Assembly: GCF_009914755.1 (NCBI RefSeq)
Contig: NC_060939.1
Length of the DNA: 64,000 bases
Strand: one strand, 5' to 3'
Origin: the human T2T-CHM13v2.0 reference genome, Homo sapiens
Below the pieces are notes generated by a model. The model saw nothing but the letters and a program-made list of their open reading frames with translations. It did no database searches and had not been told where the DNA came from. The position numbers were made by a program, and so were the translations under genes. Below, in pieces: positions 23,011 to 37,062 of this stretch; within the stretch, counting starts at the first letter, position 1; each line of letters begins with the position of its first letter.

Positions 23011-25054
23011 AGGGAGGAGTCCTCTGATTCATGGGTCAAAAATCAGCATGTAACAAATTGGTTAGTTACGTGCATAAAAATAGCATCCTGTAAAGGGGTT
23101 TACCTGATAGATAGCTTTGGGTAGCATACTATGGGGCCCAGTGAATCTGTGATGTTTGGTTTTCAAAATTGAGGAAATAATAATGATATCAACAGTCATG
23201 AAGAAAATGATAAATTTGGGAAAACATGAACTCTTTTAGACAGAGTATGTTTGTTTAAACACATCAATAATAAAATATGACAGCAAAACGTTTTTGTTTA
23301 AAATAAAAATATTTGCTTTCTAAATAAAAAATAACTACAAAAAGGTTAGATAGCAATTTAGTAGCATTTGGAAGGAGATCATATCACCTGACGGATTATC
23401 TACAATTGAGCTATTATGAGAAATTTGTAAAAAAGAAACATGTTGTTGGCTAGATGGGATGAACTGGGACCTGTGTTTATTTTTTTGTGTAGAATAATTT
23501 AGTAAATTTTGGGACAACTTTATCATGCAATGGAAGGCAATAGGTGACCAGTGATTTCTCTACAGCTTAAAACAAAGTTTAAAAATTGAGCATGAAGAAA
23601 AGTAAGGAAATCTGCAACTATCGTATTGTAAATGCCATGAAGTATTTTTCTATTTTAGCTGCTGGCATGAAACATAAATATTTGAAAAAATTTTTTGGCA
23701 AGGTAGGGCAGTTAATTGTTTGGATTTTCTTGGAAATCACAGTTGAGTCCAGAAATCAATTACAAAAGTGGTGTGCTTTGCTCCATTTTTTTTTTTATAA
23801 CAACACTTTTCATTTGTTTCTGAACAGGTTTTGCAAGAAATCCATTCTATAGGCAGATGGCTCCCTGCTCTGCTGTTTTGGAGCTTCAATCACTAGTGAC
23901 ATGCCTGCAATCCACAAAGTCCTGGGTGTCTCCTTTAGCTATCATCATCTGAAAGACATCTAAAAGGGTTTTTTAGTGCTTGAGAGAATTAGGTTTCATT
24001 TCTGGCATTCCACAATGTAAGTGGAAAAGTTGATCCACACTGACATGAAGGGCTCAATTCTGCATGAACTTTTTGTTTTTCCACCAGAAATAATCCTTTC
24101 CTTTTTTTCTTTTTTTGTGTAAGGCTCAAGTTCATTTAAAACTTGTTGACTCTTTCCTAGAGACATATAGCTGAGCAAACTAAATCCGTCCCACTGAAAC
24201 TGACATCTATTAGCAAAAGGATGATTATTTTTAATACTAGAGACATGTTTACAGAATGACTGAACTTGCTAAGCGGCAAAATACAGAGTGCACTGAGACC
24301 AAGAAAAGTCAATCATCAACCACTCCTGTTGTTTTAAAATAGACTTAATATGCTTTTAAAAGAGTATTATTTCAATAAAATAATCCACAAATAAATACAA
24401 AACAAAAGGGCAAATGTAGAGACATATTGCAAGTAAGCATGCATACCAAAAAGGTAAGTGCAAATTAGATTTGAATATTCATGAGTCACAAATCATTGAC
24501 AGTTTGAAATAATGCAAAACAGCTTTATAAATGAGGTTAAGGCAAGGGACATCAAAGAAATGCATCGTTAAATCAATAGCAGTTTGTGCATATACTTGTA
24601 AATTGCGGTTACAAGTTTTGTGACATGGGAGAAAAAATACTGTGTATCTGATGGAGGAAGACACATAAATATTCCTTTTGTATATTGTATTTTTGCAATT
24701 CGTCATGTACTTGGAGCCCAGCCAGGTAGAGAGTGGTTGGACATCATATTCCCTCACCAAGACAGAGTTTTCTTTTCAGAGACAGAGTGTCAGGCCTATG
24801 CCTGAAGAGCGCTTGCTTGCTCTGCTAAACAATTCAACATGCAGTGACTTCTGTAGAGTTGCTTTCCAAAATAAAGATTAGCATCTAGCACACATGACTT
24901 TAGAGGCTGGTCAACTTTAAATCTCTTCACAGTAAAATAACTTCAATTGTAGAGCATACTGTCTAGTGGTTGTTTTCCTATTTGGCAGGGAGCAGATGAA
25001 TTCAAAGTATAAGAACAATTTGTAAAAATACTTTGGAATGATTAGAGATGTGTA

Positions 25055-25101
25055 GCCATTACTTTTAAAGGCAAAAACTGCAACTTTGCACCAACCTAAT
25101 A
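25055..25101. mobile_element. Truncated MADE1 (Hsmar1-derived MITE), one TIR
   Basis: gccattacttttaaaggcaaaaactgcaactttgcaccaacctaata matches the right half of MADE1. Confidence 0.85.
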
Positions 25102-25202
25102 CCTTATAGGTAACCTTGTAATTTAAATAAAAACATTTTTATTTTTGTTCAGCAAGTAACTATTAATTTGATGCAGATCTTTTTTGTACCAGTGGCTTTT
25201 TG

Positions 25203-25264
25203 GTGTGTGTGTATGTGTGTGTGTGTGTGTGCATGCACGCGTTGCATACGCATGCAGTGTGCGT
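25203..25264. repeat. (TG)n and alternating purine-pyrimidine tract
   Basis: Seen directly. Confidence 0.9.
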
Positions 25265-25705
25265 AAGAAGAGTTGTTTGAAATGATAGGACTTACAGATC
25301 AAAAACTTGTTTAGGACTTACCTTAAAGCAGAATCATTTCCAACTGATTTTTTCTCATAAGTTTATATTTGGGTTACTATCTTTAAGTTATGATGTATTT
25401 CTTCATGATACTACTCTGCAAGCCTCTTTATTGCTTTCTGTCTGCTTTTTTTGATGACTGAAGCTAGAGACATCACATGAAAATCATGGCATACAGTAGC
25501 ACTAATTTTTGGAAGAGGCTGGGGAATTGTGGTCTGTTTAGAAAATTAATCTATATCTTCTGGCTAGACCATGTTTCACAACAGACATTTAGATTTGGGA
25601 AGTGAAATGCAGATGAGGCATAACCAGAAAGAGAGGCCTCTGTACTGTTGCCAATTTCCTACTCCACTAGGAAAGAAGCTAAGATGACTTTTGTATGGTT
25701 AATAA

Positions 25706-26046
<341 letters not shown>

Positions 26047-26504
26047 GGCCTTGATATTTTTTAAAGGTCTTTATGTGATGTCTGCAATTATAATTTTTCA
26101 GTATTGATTCAGGGCACATTTAGCATTATATTTGTAAGCCATATATTGTTATATTTGTCCTATAGCTAAACATTTCTTGACTGTCAAAAGTTATTAACTC
26201 ATTTGATCTTAGGAAGTATTTCTATTATTCCTTTCAATAAATGCTTTGTCATGATATAGTATCAGACTATTTAAGTTATCCAAACTTCTTTTATTAATTG
26301 ATTAGCCACAATATTTGATTTAATGATTACCAGTTGTAGGGGTCTATACTGGCAAACACTATTGTTTTTTTTTCTCTAACTAAATTTATTTCCATTAAGT
26401 CATAGTTACTAAACTTTCTTGACGAGGAGGATAATTTACAACAGCTATATACTTGATGATTTTGATTAAGTCTTTCTATGTATGTGTGTGTTAATATATG
26501 GTTG

Positions 26505-26830
<326 letters not shown>

Positions 26831-27304
26831 TAATCTGTAAATTAAAACATAACATGTTGAACTCACCAAGGAATCTAAACATTATTATTCTCCATCCTTA
26901 ACAATCTACAGAGATAAGAGACAAGTCATTTCAGGTTTTCTTCTGCCTTTTTTAACTGAGGGAGATTTTTACATTGAATTTTGATTTCTAGAGCAAGAAA
27001 GTCCTGACTAGTCAAGGCCATCACTGAGATAAATTTCTTTAACCATCCCCCTTGTGTTGGATCAAGAAGTTAAAGAATCTAGGAGCTGTCATTTTTGGTA
27101 ATTCAATATCTAAATGAAAGAAAGATAGAATAAGATAAAAGACTTACCGTTGATTCTGAATTACTTAACAATGAAATACTGAATTCCAATGAAGTCTTAC
27201 GAAAAAGAAACAGTCTCTCTCGATCCTAAATGTCACCTTGAGAGACCCTTGGACCTCATGCTCATTTTGCTATGTAAATAGAATTAATTTTATCTTGAAA
27301 GAAC

Positions 27305-27435
27305 AGTGGAGTGACAGTTAAGGGGCTTCTATTTTCTATTCTGCCACTAACTGCTACTATGAACTTGCATAAGGTACTTCAAATTCTTTGGATCGCTGTT
27401 TCCTCAATTATAAAAGAGAAAGTTGGTCTAGAACT
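27305..27435 (+). mobile_element. MIR fragment
   Basis: ctgccactaactgctactatgaacttgcataag...ctgtttcctcaattataaaa. Confidence 0.65.
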
Positions 27436-28239
27436 GGCAATTTCCAAACTGTGCCTCTGAATCCTTAGGATTGCAAGGAACCAGCAGAAGTCTTGACCGT
27501 TCACTTTTTTTTTCTGGTTTGCATATGGATCTTAGCAAAATTTAATTTGAGGAAAGGAAAATGACTTAAAAAGTTTGAAAAACATTAAATGAAAAAAATT
27601 GTGAAGCTGTATCTTGATTTGATAATTCTAATCTGTAACCTATTTTGTTTTGTAACTATGCTAGAGAACATTGGAGTGAACAGAATTGTCATATTCTTGG
27701 CTTCTACTTTTAAATAGAGGTTGTAAAAAGAATTCCTAAACCGTATAGAAAGGAGGGCTAGAAAACACAAACTGGAAGGTGAGATCTTAGTACAATTTTA
27801 ACTGAGCTTATATGTGATGTCAAGACAACTGCTGAACATGGTGTGCACACCTCTCAGCCAGGTCTGCTCTTTCCCTGGGCCACAATGCTACACAGTCCCA
27901 GGGGGCACCACCGTGTTGGAGTTTAACTGAACAGTGCCCTTGAATGATGTTGAGCGATGCATCGCCTATGTGGCTTATAGCAGGCGTGGCTTTTTCATCA
28001 TTTGGTCAAGAGCTACTTCTATTTCAAGGTCTACTTCAGAGATCCTAGCATGATTCACACCCTCTTACTACCTCCTTTCTTCAAAATTAGTTTCTCCCTC
28101 CTTTGTGATTTCAGGGTATTTTGTGTTAACCTTTTAAAGAATGCTATGCCATTATATTATAGTTAATAGTGTTTGGGTGCCCATCTCCCTTGTTAGGTTT
28201 TGAGCTTTTAGAAGGCAGGAGCTGGGTTTTAATCTTATT

Positions 28240-28433
28240 TGAATTTTTTTTTGTGGTTTTTGTTTGTTTGTTTGTTTATTTTTTGGTTTTGAAACAGGAT
28301 CTTCCTTTGTCTCCCAGCCTGGAATGCAGTGGCACAATCACTGCTCACTGCAGCCTTGACCGTCTGGACTCAAGTGATTCTCCTACTTCAACCTCCCAAG
28401 TAGCTGGGACTACAGTCATGCACCATCATGCCT
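28240..28433 (-). mobile_element. Alu right-arm monomer (FRAM/AluJ-like) with (TTTG)n tail
   Basis: Right-arm sequence only; ends at catgcct. Confidence 0.85.
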
Positions 28434-28544
28434 ATAAAGATAATTTAATTTATAATAAATTATTTATACAAACAATAACATTCAGTATATTTTTCCAAGA
28501 CCTTGATAAAATATGATAGTGGTATTCTTTTCTTGCCATATATA

Positions 28545-29290
28545 CTCAACCATTCAATTCAACCAACAAATACCATGATGATTGTGTGCTACTCTACATG
28601 TTAAGGGGGTGTCATGTACAAACTCATCCAGGGAGCATGGGAGTTAATAAAACCTATACCTTTCATAATTAAAATATGAGGCAGTACATGATTAGTGCTG
28701 TATTATAAGTGTAAACCAAAGTGCTTTGGAAGCTCTAAGGGCTTGGGATTAATTCAATGATTGCACATAAAATCAGTTTGCACATAAAATCCCTTTGGTT
28801 TGGAGCAGTGGGATTTCAGCAGGCAAAAATATACAAGGGGCAAGGGCAAGTGCAAGGTACAGCATGAAGATGATGGGGATTTTATGGTATGTGAGAATGA
28901 TTACATAGTAGATACAGAAATAGTATAGATTTTGCAGTAGTTGGGAAGAAGCCTGGAAAATTAGGTAGGATTTAATTATGGTATTAATTACTTAAATACC
29001 ATACTAAAAAGTTTAGAATTATTTCCCTGAAAAATTGGAACTCATCAAAGGAGAAGCAAAAGAAGAAAAACTTGGATTTACAAAGCTTAGTCTGGTAGTA
29101 TCAGGCAAAATTAATTGAAGGGCAAACTTTGAAGATGGGGAGACCAGGTAAGCAAAAGATAACCTGAGGACTTAATTTGGAATATAGCTATGAAAAAGAA
29201 AGGAGAGAATGAATGTGACAGTAAGATAAAGAGTAAGAAGTTGAAAATATTTCTGAAATACACTGAATAGAAGATATGGAAGTGGTATTG
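28545..29290 (-). mobile_element. L2 remnant
   Basis: caaccattcaattcaaccaacaaatac terminus followed by purine-rich, diverged L2-like sequence. Confidence 0.6.
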
Positions 29291-29881
29291 TGACAAATTA
29301 TTACACAAATTTTCAATCTGCTAATATTAATTTTCAACACCTTTGGTGCCTCCAACATTATTTAAAATATTAAAGAAATTAATCATTAGTAATAGTCATG
29401 TTTATTGTTTACTGAAGTGGTAATGTTATTCTTAAATCTGTTGTCACATTTGTCACACTTGCCATTAGGTAATCAATCTATCAAGGGGTCTTATTGACAA
29501 TTCTTACAACCAATGCCTTAAATATCTCATTTTCCTATTTTAGGGTCCAGGCTTGGAATGTTTCTTAGTAACTTTAAACAGAATTCAAAAACACCCATAT
29601 TGATAATATATGTAAATTTAGAACACTCTAACTTTAGTACAAAGATGAGTTGTCATATAATATTTTATTTAAAATAATCAAAAGCTATTATACTTTGTTG
29701 CTAAATTTTGACTTAGACACTCCTAAGTGCTGAAGGAATGCCCCCGTCTTAAATTTTAAAAAGTTGACTCCAGGGTCAACAGTGTTGGTACAAGATACAG
29801 AGATTGAATCTGTCACGGGGAGATGTCCTGGAGAAGAAAAAAAAGCAGGTACATACTTGCAGTTATTTGCTGCTGAGTACA

Positions 29882-30528
29882 TACAGAATTGGATTTCATC
29901 ATTTATTGGTGGTGACTGGGGCTGCCGGCCACTTTGGAATGCAGAAAAAGGAGGAGGAGGATGAAAGGGACAGGATGCCTCAGGGATCCATCCCCTGGTC
30001 TCATTCTTTCTCTTATTCTCCAGTCCCTCCTCACCAAGGACCCCGGGACACACGCTCTACTCCTCCTGTAGGACTTACTCATCTTCAGATCTTTGAGACA
30101 TGGCTGGTGGAGAGGCTTAGTAATTTGAGGGATCTTTCCCTTAATAATATACTAAGAAGCTGAATAATCTGCTATCTAGACACTGATCCTATCTTTGGGT
30201 AAGGGGTCACAGAAACCTTGTAAGTTAAAAAAAAAGTGTTAAAAAAAAAAATGCCAGAAAAGGAGATATAACACATTTTCTTAGAAATCCTTTCTGGAAT
30301 CCAAAATCTTTTCCTATATGAGTTGAAAATATTATCTATTAAAAGGGCAATTTATGTGTAGAGCATCGAATAGAATTATATTGATATATGTAGGTAAGAA
30401 TATTTTTATTCTTCATAAAATACTGATATTTTTGTAATTGAATGCTAATAATAGAGATAGTAACTACAGAATTGGATCCCATCATTTATTGGTGGTGACT
30501 GGGGCTAATGGCTACTTTGGAATGCAGA
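29882..30528 (+). repeat. Dispersed 64-bp direct repeat (29882-29945 and 30465-30528)
   Basis: tacagaattggat..catcatttattggtggtgactggggct...ggc.actttggaatgcaga; 58/64 identical by eye. Confidence 0.9.
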
Positions 30529-30679
30529 GAATATTTATTCAATGTTGATTGAATAGACATTAAAACAGAAACATTTTTAATTGATCAATATTGCTTATAT
30601 GCCTCAATTTTCTCAAATGTTTTATTGTATTCTTCCAAACAGATAGTACTCAAAATTCCTATGAAGCATTTTTTTTCAT

Positions 30680-30935
30680 TTAAGAAAGGAGAAAAAAGAA
30701 AGGGGCTGATTAACACAAAATTCAGAATAATCTTATCTATGCAGGAAAAGAGGGAAGAGGGATGGACTGAAGAGGGGTTCAAGGTTCCAAAGATACTGGT
30801 TAGCGTTTCATTTCTTAAGTTGGATACGAGATACACAGATGTCCACCTTATTTATTTACTTACTCGTGTTTTTGCATGTAAGCTACAAATGTTATTTTGT
30901 GTCTGTTTAATATCTGATAACATTATTTAAAGCAG
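30680..30935 (+). mobile_element. Old L1M 3' UTR fragment
   Basis: aaattcagaataatc...tttcttaagttggat...tacacagatgtcc, resembling L1MC/ME 3' ends. Confidence 0.55.
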
Positions 30936-32487
30936 ATAATTGTAAGACATGGTACAAGTAATGGTAATGACATAATTATTTAAAAAAATAATGACACTGC
31001 TGACATCCTTTAGGGCTATTAGGGCTATGGAACTAAGCAATTGGCTGTTTTTCAAAGTGTCCTGAGTTTTCTGTTCCAATCTATTAAATAAATAAGGTAT
31101 TAAATACTATGAGAAAACTGAAGTATAAAAACAGAAGAAAGACCTAAATCCAGTGCTAAGGAATTGCAGCTCCTTCAGTGACTCCTTGCCTGAGTGGGGC
31201 TGTTTACACATACAAGGACTCTGTCTTCTGTTTTACACAGGGAAAGACTGCTGACAACTAGCATTGTGGGGTATGTTTGCATGGCTCTTTCCAGAGTTCA
31301 AATCAGAGCACTGTAATTCAGCCACATGATGTTAACCACTTGTCCCTAATTTCGAAATTATTATGGCATCATTTTCTTTCAGAATTATCGATTACTGTTT
31401 ATTTATTGATCAAGACTAGTAATAAGACCCAGAATGGTAAAGAGCCGACTCTGTCCTTGAAAATGTTCAGAAGAAGCACCAGTGGTGTGTATTTCCTCAG
31501 GAATTCAGCTTACTGAGCATTACTCTGTGTTTGTTTCTATCCTTCCTGTTCAATCTTTGTTTTTCTTTTGTCAACCCTATTTGCTCTGAATAGTTGAAAA
31601 AAACATCCTAGGGTTTGTTATAAAGTGGGATCCTAACTCATGCTGAATTAAAAGTAAACTACATGCCCTGGGTACATTCATGACCTTAGTTCTCTTAAAA
31701 CTGAAATGGAGTGGAATCGGTAGCCTAAAGGTGAAGCCTTTAAATCCCTTTATTACCCAAACCCTTATAATCTCTTTGTTTTTAACAAAGTATACACAAG
31801 AACGGTAGCAGAACTTCCCAGTTAACATGTCGAGAAATCTCTACTCAGATAAGAATCGAGCTCTTTGGGTTTACTCTTTTTGCAAAATATTTAAAACCTA
31901 GAGAGATCATTTAGATGTTGTTTATTTTGATGACCAGATAGATTCTTTTGTTTTGTAAAAGCCACATGCCCATTTTGCCTTCTTCGGGAATTTTTGTTCT
32001 AGCACCCTATCATTATTTGCTACCAAACTTCATATCTTTTGTTTGAAGCATCTGAAAATAAAAGTAGTTGTTTAACTAATTTTCTCTTGAGCTTAATTTG
32101 GCAATTATCAAATCACATTTGTCAATACAACCACTGAATCAAATGTGACCTAGACATCAACATTTTAAAAAGCCTCCGTAACCTTATGTATTATTTCAAG
32201 TTATAGTAGCTACAAGCAAAATCTTGATTGGATCAATAAGAAACAAAAATGTGCTCTCCTCTGTCATTTCAAAGTCATCTATTAAAACAACTCAAATATA
32301 AAATTTAACTACATTGGAATACAAATAGAACAGCATAATGAGGCTTATGTTTAGAAATGCAAAGAGCATTCTGAAAAGTATTTTAAGAAGAATTAATCTA
32401 ATTCTCACTATTAATATTCTTCCATCATTTGATTTTTATTCTTGGACATGTGGATGCTATAAACAATACAATGTAAGATTTATAATG

Positions 32488-32582
32488 CTTTTTTTCTTTC
32501 TTTCTCTCTCTTTTCTCCTTTCTTTCTCTTTCTTCTTTCTTTCTTTCTTTTCTTTCTTCCTTTCTTTCTTTCTTTCTTTCTT

Positions 32583-32661
<79 letters not shown>

Positions 32662-32690
32662 GTTTCTGTCTTTTCTCTCTCTTTCTTGTT
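32488..32690. repeat. ~200-bp (TTTC)n/(TC)n polypyrimidine microsatellite
   Basis: Seen directly; source of the spurious F/S-rich and E/K/R-rich ORFs. Confidence 0.97.
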
Positions 32691-35629
32691 CTATGTTCCC
32701 TTGCATATAGTGAGACACTTCAGAGAACCCTATTTTTTCTTCAGACACATGAAGATGATGTGAATATCAAAATGATAGCGAGGACCCAGGAAGAATAACG
32801 CATGAAATAATAATAGGTTAACTAAACTCATATACTAGGTTCTTGGTAAGTATGTAGTATATTATTAATAACTACTTATTTACTCAGAAATCATGTTTGT
32901 TTTTTGGAAAATACATTTTCTGCTTCAATTTAGAGTAATACTTAGTTTTCTTTAACTATTGAAAAGGCATTAGCAATATTGTATTGTATGTTATACTTAA
33001 TGGCCATTGCCAAAGCTACACAGAAATGTGTAAGATGGTTAATTAATAGCATTAATTTTGCCTTATTATTCCTTGTGATTCCAAACACTAGAAAATACCA
33101 TTGATAGCTTAAAAACTGTTACATATGGCTGGAACCCAAAGTTATTTTTTTGCCATCATTGTAAGGGATACTGTGCATCTTATATATCTTGATATCCTAT
33201 GTACAGAAAGTGACATCTACTGGAGAAAGCAGAACTGAATATTTACTTTCCAAACTATTTTTTCTGCCAAACGTCCAGACAAGTTGCACTATCTTCAAGA
33301 TTATCTGAAACTTGTAAAACAAAGAAAGATTTTACTTAGTTTAGTATGGTGTAAAGGCTGGTTGGTTTTGATGGTCATTTTCTTAAAGCTGCCCTGTGGG
33401 AAACTGGTTATGGGGCCCACACAAATTATCTCGTAAGAAACACTATTGAAGATATCTGGAAAACACAACTACAGCACATTCCCTTAAGAATGAAACTGAA
33501 ATTCTAAATAACTGTAAGCCATTGAGTGGTGGATTTGAACAGGACTCCACTGTAACACTTTGTCTGAAAACCTTTCTGGAAAATATGTAACTTCTTTACA
33601 TGGCCTGGAAATAGGAGTTGTAAAACAAATATGAGATTAGAATACATAATATCTTTCAGGTAGAAAGACATTCCCCTATGCTATCTTGTAACCTAATGAT
33701 TATTTGTTCATGTTAATAAGATGTGTCTAACTTCATGATCTAATCAAACTGATGTTCTTAGGGAATGGGGGAATACTAACCAGGTGTTTTTCACTTGTGG
33801 TCAAAACTAAGAAATGACCTAAAGCCCTGAAAGACAGAAATGATAACAGCTTTATACTTATGACAATAATTCCCATTCTTTACGTAATCACTTTCTCTTA
33901 CATGAAGGGCAAAAGCCTTTCCTATCTTAATGGAGGGTACTGTGGTGGCCATTTTCAAGACTTTAATGAGTGAGGCACAGCTACATTTGGCTGGTTCATG
34001 AACATCATAAAACTATAATAATGACTAGAAGTCCTGTTTCTTTGATTCTAGTCTGTTACCTATATGATAAAGGTTGCTTCCATATTTAGATTACGCTATA
34101 TAATCCTCCGTAGTTTAATGTCAGATTTTCTACATATGACTGTTATTATTATTATTTTAAATTTTGATTTCATTTTTGTAGCAATGCTCTCTCACTCCCT
34201 CTGCTGGCCTTGTTAATTAACAAAACCAGTGCCTAAGTAGTCCTGATGGGAATCAGTGATACCAAGTGGATGACCCATAGAATGCACTCTGTTTTGTGTT
34301 GGGAGCCAATCAGAAAATCACGTTGATTGGCCTCCGTATGAAACAAAAAAGGCCAAGAGAAAATTTGTTGTGGGTAGTGAAAACAGAATAGCATGCTTAT
34401 TTTTATAGTTTTAAGAAAGAATTTAATGAAAGGGATACTTCACAAATCTTAAAAATGTGCTATTTTTCAAAGGAAGAATACCAGTTACCCACATTCTATT
34501 AAAACATATATGTACTTAGTAAAAGGCACTCAAAACAAGGTGTATCAATTTTGTATTTCAGTGTTTACACACTGGAGGGTTAAATGAAAGGTTGTCTGGC
34601 TTCACTGGTAGGATTCTGAACCTGGATTAGATATACAGCTGTCCAATGGATCAGCTTCCCACATCCTAGAGTTCCATTATGGAGTTACAAAGAGAATGAC
34701 AGCACTTGGCAAGTCCCAGGCCTAATCATAGCACAGAGAAGTGACTTTTGGAAGGTACATTACTAAGCAATTAGGACCCATTTAATAAATTACCTCTTAT
34801 GGAACACTTTGAACCCTAGTGGTCTGAAGAGGTTAATGCACCTCTCACAACTGAGTGCTACTCAGTTTCCAGGGGTAACTTCAAGGCCACAGCTAATCCA
34901 AACCTTCTTCTCATCAATGGCCTCTTACTCTTGAGCCACTTCTGTAGTCTGGCATCAGTAAGCCCACACACTTGCACTACTCCCCTCTGCGTGCCAGATG
35001 CTTCATTTTCTTGCAGCTGAATCCATTGGGCGCAGTGCTCATGAGGCCAAAAGACTTTGTGCTGCACATTAACTTCCTCCTTGGGCTTTCATGCTTCTTA
35101 TTTGGGAGTCTTTCTGTTTCTCTTATTTATAGAGAGTTTTAACTTCTGGATTTAGTTTAAATGTTACATCTGATGTAATATACTTTCCTCCAAAATTGTT
35201 GAGTAGCAACCACATTTTAAATGAATCCAATACACAAAATTAGGCTTTAGGATATTATTAAATTTGTAAAAAAAAAAAAAAAAAAAACCCACAGTAGATG
35301 TATATTTGTAAACTGGAATCTTAACTATGGTTAGACACTAAGAAAACATTTAAAATATAACTGTAAGGGAGAAAAAGCTTTGTTTGATGCTAGAACATAA
35401 TTAGACGTTTTAGGGTTTTATTTTAATTTAAATTCAACTTGAGTTTTTGGAACGAAAATGCCAATGAGACACTAAGAACTTTTATTAAAAAAGATGGCCA
35501 AAAAGTCGAATTGGAAAAGATAGAAATATGAAAATATTCCTGTGCATTTATAATGGCTGACATTGCTATATCATGTCATTGGTCTGCTGAACGATATTCC
35601 TGTAAACTATGATCAAAATCGTCATGATT

Positions 35630-35950
35630 TCTAGCACATTTATTTAATGTTTATTCTATCCAAGTCTCTGCTGAGAGCCACAGGAGACGAATAAGACAGG
35701 GCCTATGGCTTCAAGAAACTTAGAACTGTATTGTAGAGCTAGGATTTAGGTACATAGAAAAGTAAGCATAACAAAGGGAAGATTACAACGGATGCCAAGT
35801 TTGTATTCACACAGGAATTCAGAGAAAGAAGCGGAGTCTCCGCTCAAGAAGGTTTGATGGAGAAAATAGAATTTGCTCAAGTCTTTTGTTAAGATTTTGA
35901 TAAGAAAGCTAAAAATTAAAAAATAAAATGCTCCAACATTGAGAAGTAAT
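35630..35950 (-). mobile_element. L2 fragment
   Basis: catttatttaatgtttattctatccaag...gaataagacagggcctatggcttcaagaaactta. Confidence 0.65.
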
Positions 35951-37062
35951 TGAAGTTGCCTTTACTGTGTTTGTGAATGTATTTTGTGGGATATGTTTGA
36001 GGGGAATATGTTTGGGAAGTAGTTTTTCAATACAAGAACAGACATTAGTGAGCTTTGTGAATGTTGTACTTTATTACATACCGGAAAAGAAATAAGATGA
36101 AACACATTTTCAGTCAAATAACGTAATATAATATGAAAAGTATTGCTTGTTGTCAGCCTGATAATCAGAATATATTTTAACTTTTTTTTAAAAAAGCTAA
36201 TAACTATAAAACACCAAGATAAATTTTCCTTGAACATTCAGTGATTCACTGGATGAGTCATACATTTTAAAAATTTCTGCTATTTTCAGTGTACCTTGAA
36301 AATTTTCCATATTGTAAACTATGTTTTCTTACATGCCTATAAGAAACAAAAACCATGTTTGGAAATCCAGTGTCTACTTGAATCTGGAATATTAATGCAA
36401 TGTGGGTTTATATGGTCTGAAAGTCTTGTATATTTATGCCATCTGACTTGATTAGTATCTAAACTTTGAAAAATATTCAGGGTAGAAAAATTATAAATTA
36501 TTTGTCATGTCAGAGTTTAAAAGGTTTGTAGAAAGACCTGGGTATTTTGTAGCACACAAGATGTGATATGCCTTGGGTGTGACTTCCCTGGTTGTGTTTT
36601 GAAAGCAACCTCTACTTTAATAAGACAGTTGTGAATCAACAGTCAAACTAATTTTTGATTACTGGTAAGTGAACATTTAAAACTGGAGCCCCACTTTTAG
36701 ACATGGTGGTGAGATTATATTGGTCTCCATTCATATCTAGAAGCACCTCAGTCTGATGGTTTATTCTATACGCAAGGCATTACCACATACAAGTCTCCTT
36801 GCTTAACTCTTGTATTATTCACAAGAATGCCAGAGCAGACATATTAATACTAGTCTGCAACTGGCATTATTCCACATACTCAAGAGTTTTCATTCTGGGA
36901 TAAGCACCATTCACTGAAGGCAAAAAGTAGCATAAGTGAAAGAAAATCACATTGCCTGTTGCATTTTCCTTTTTTGATGACTAAATGCATCCAAACTATG
37001 GATCAGCAAACCTTTACTGAATGCTGATTAAATAGTATGATATAAACTATTCATGCTATAGA

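Noticed and set aside
25055-25101. Possible miR-548-type hairpin from MADE1
   Set aside because: Only one TIR is present, so the long hairpin cannot form
32338-32763. 141-aa F/S-rich and 107-aa E/K/R-rich ORFs
   Set aside because: Translations of the (TTTC)n microsatellite
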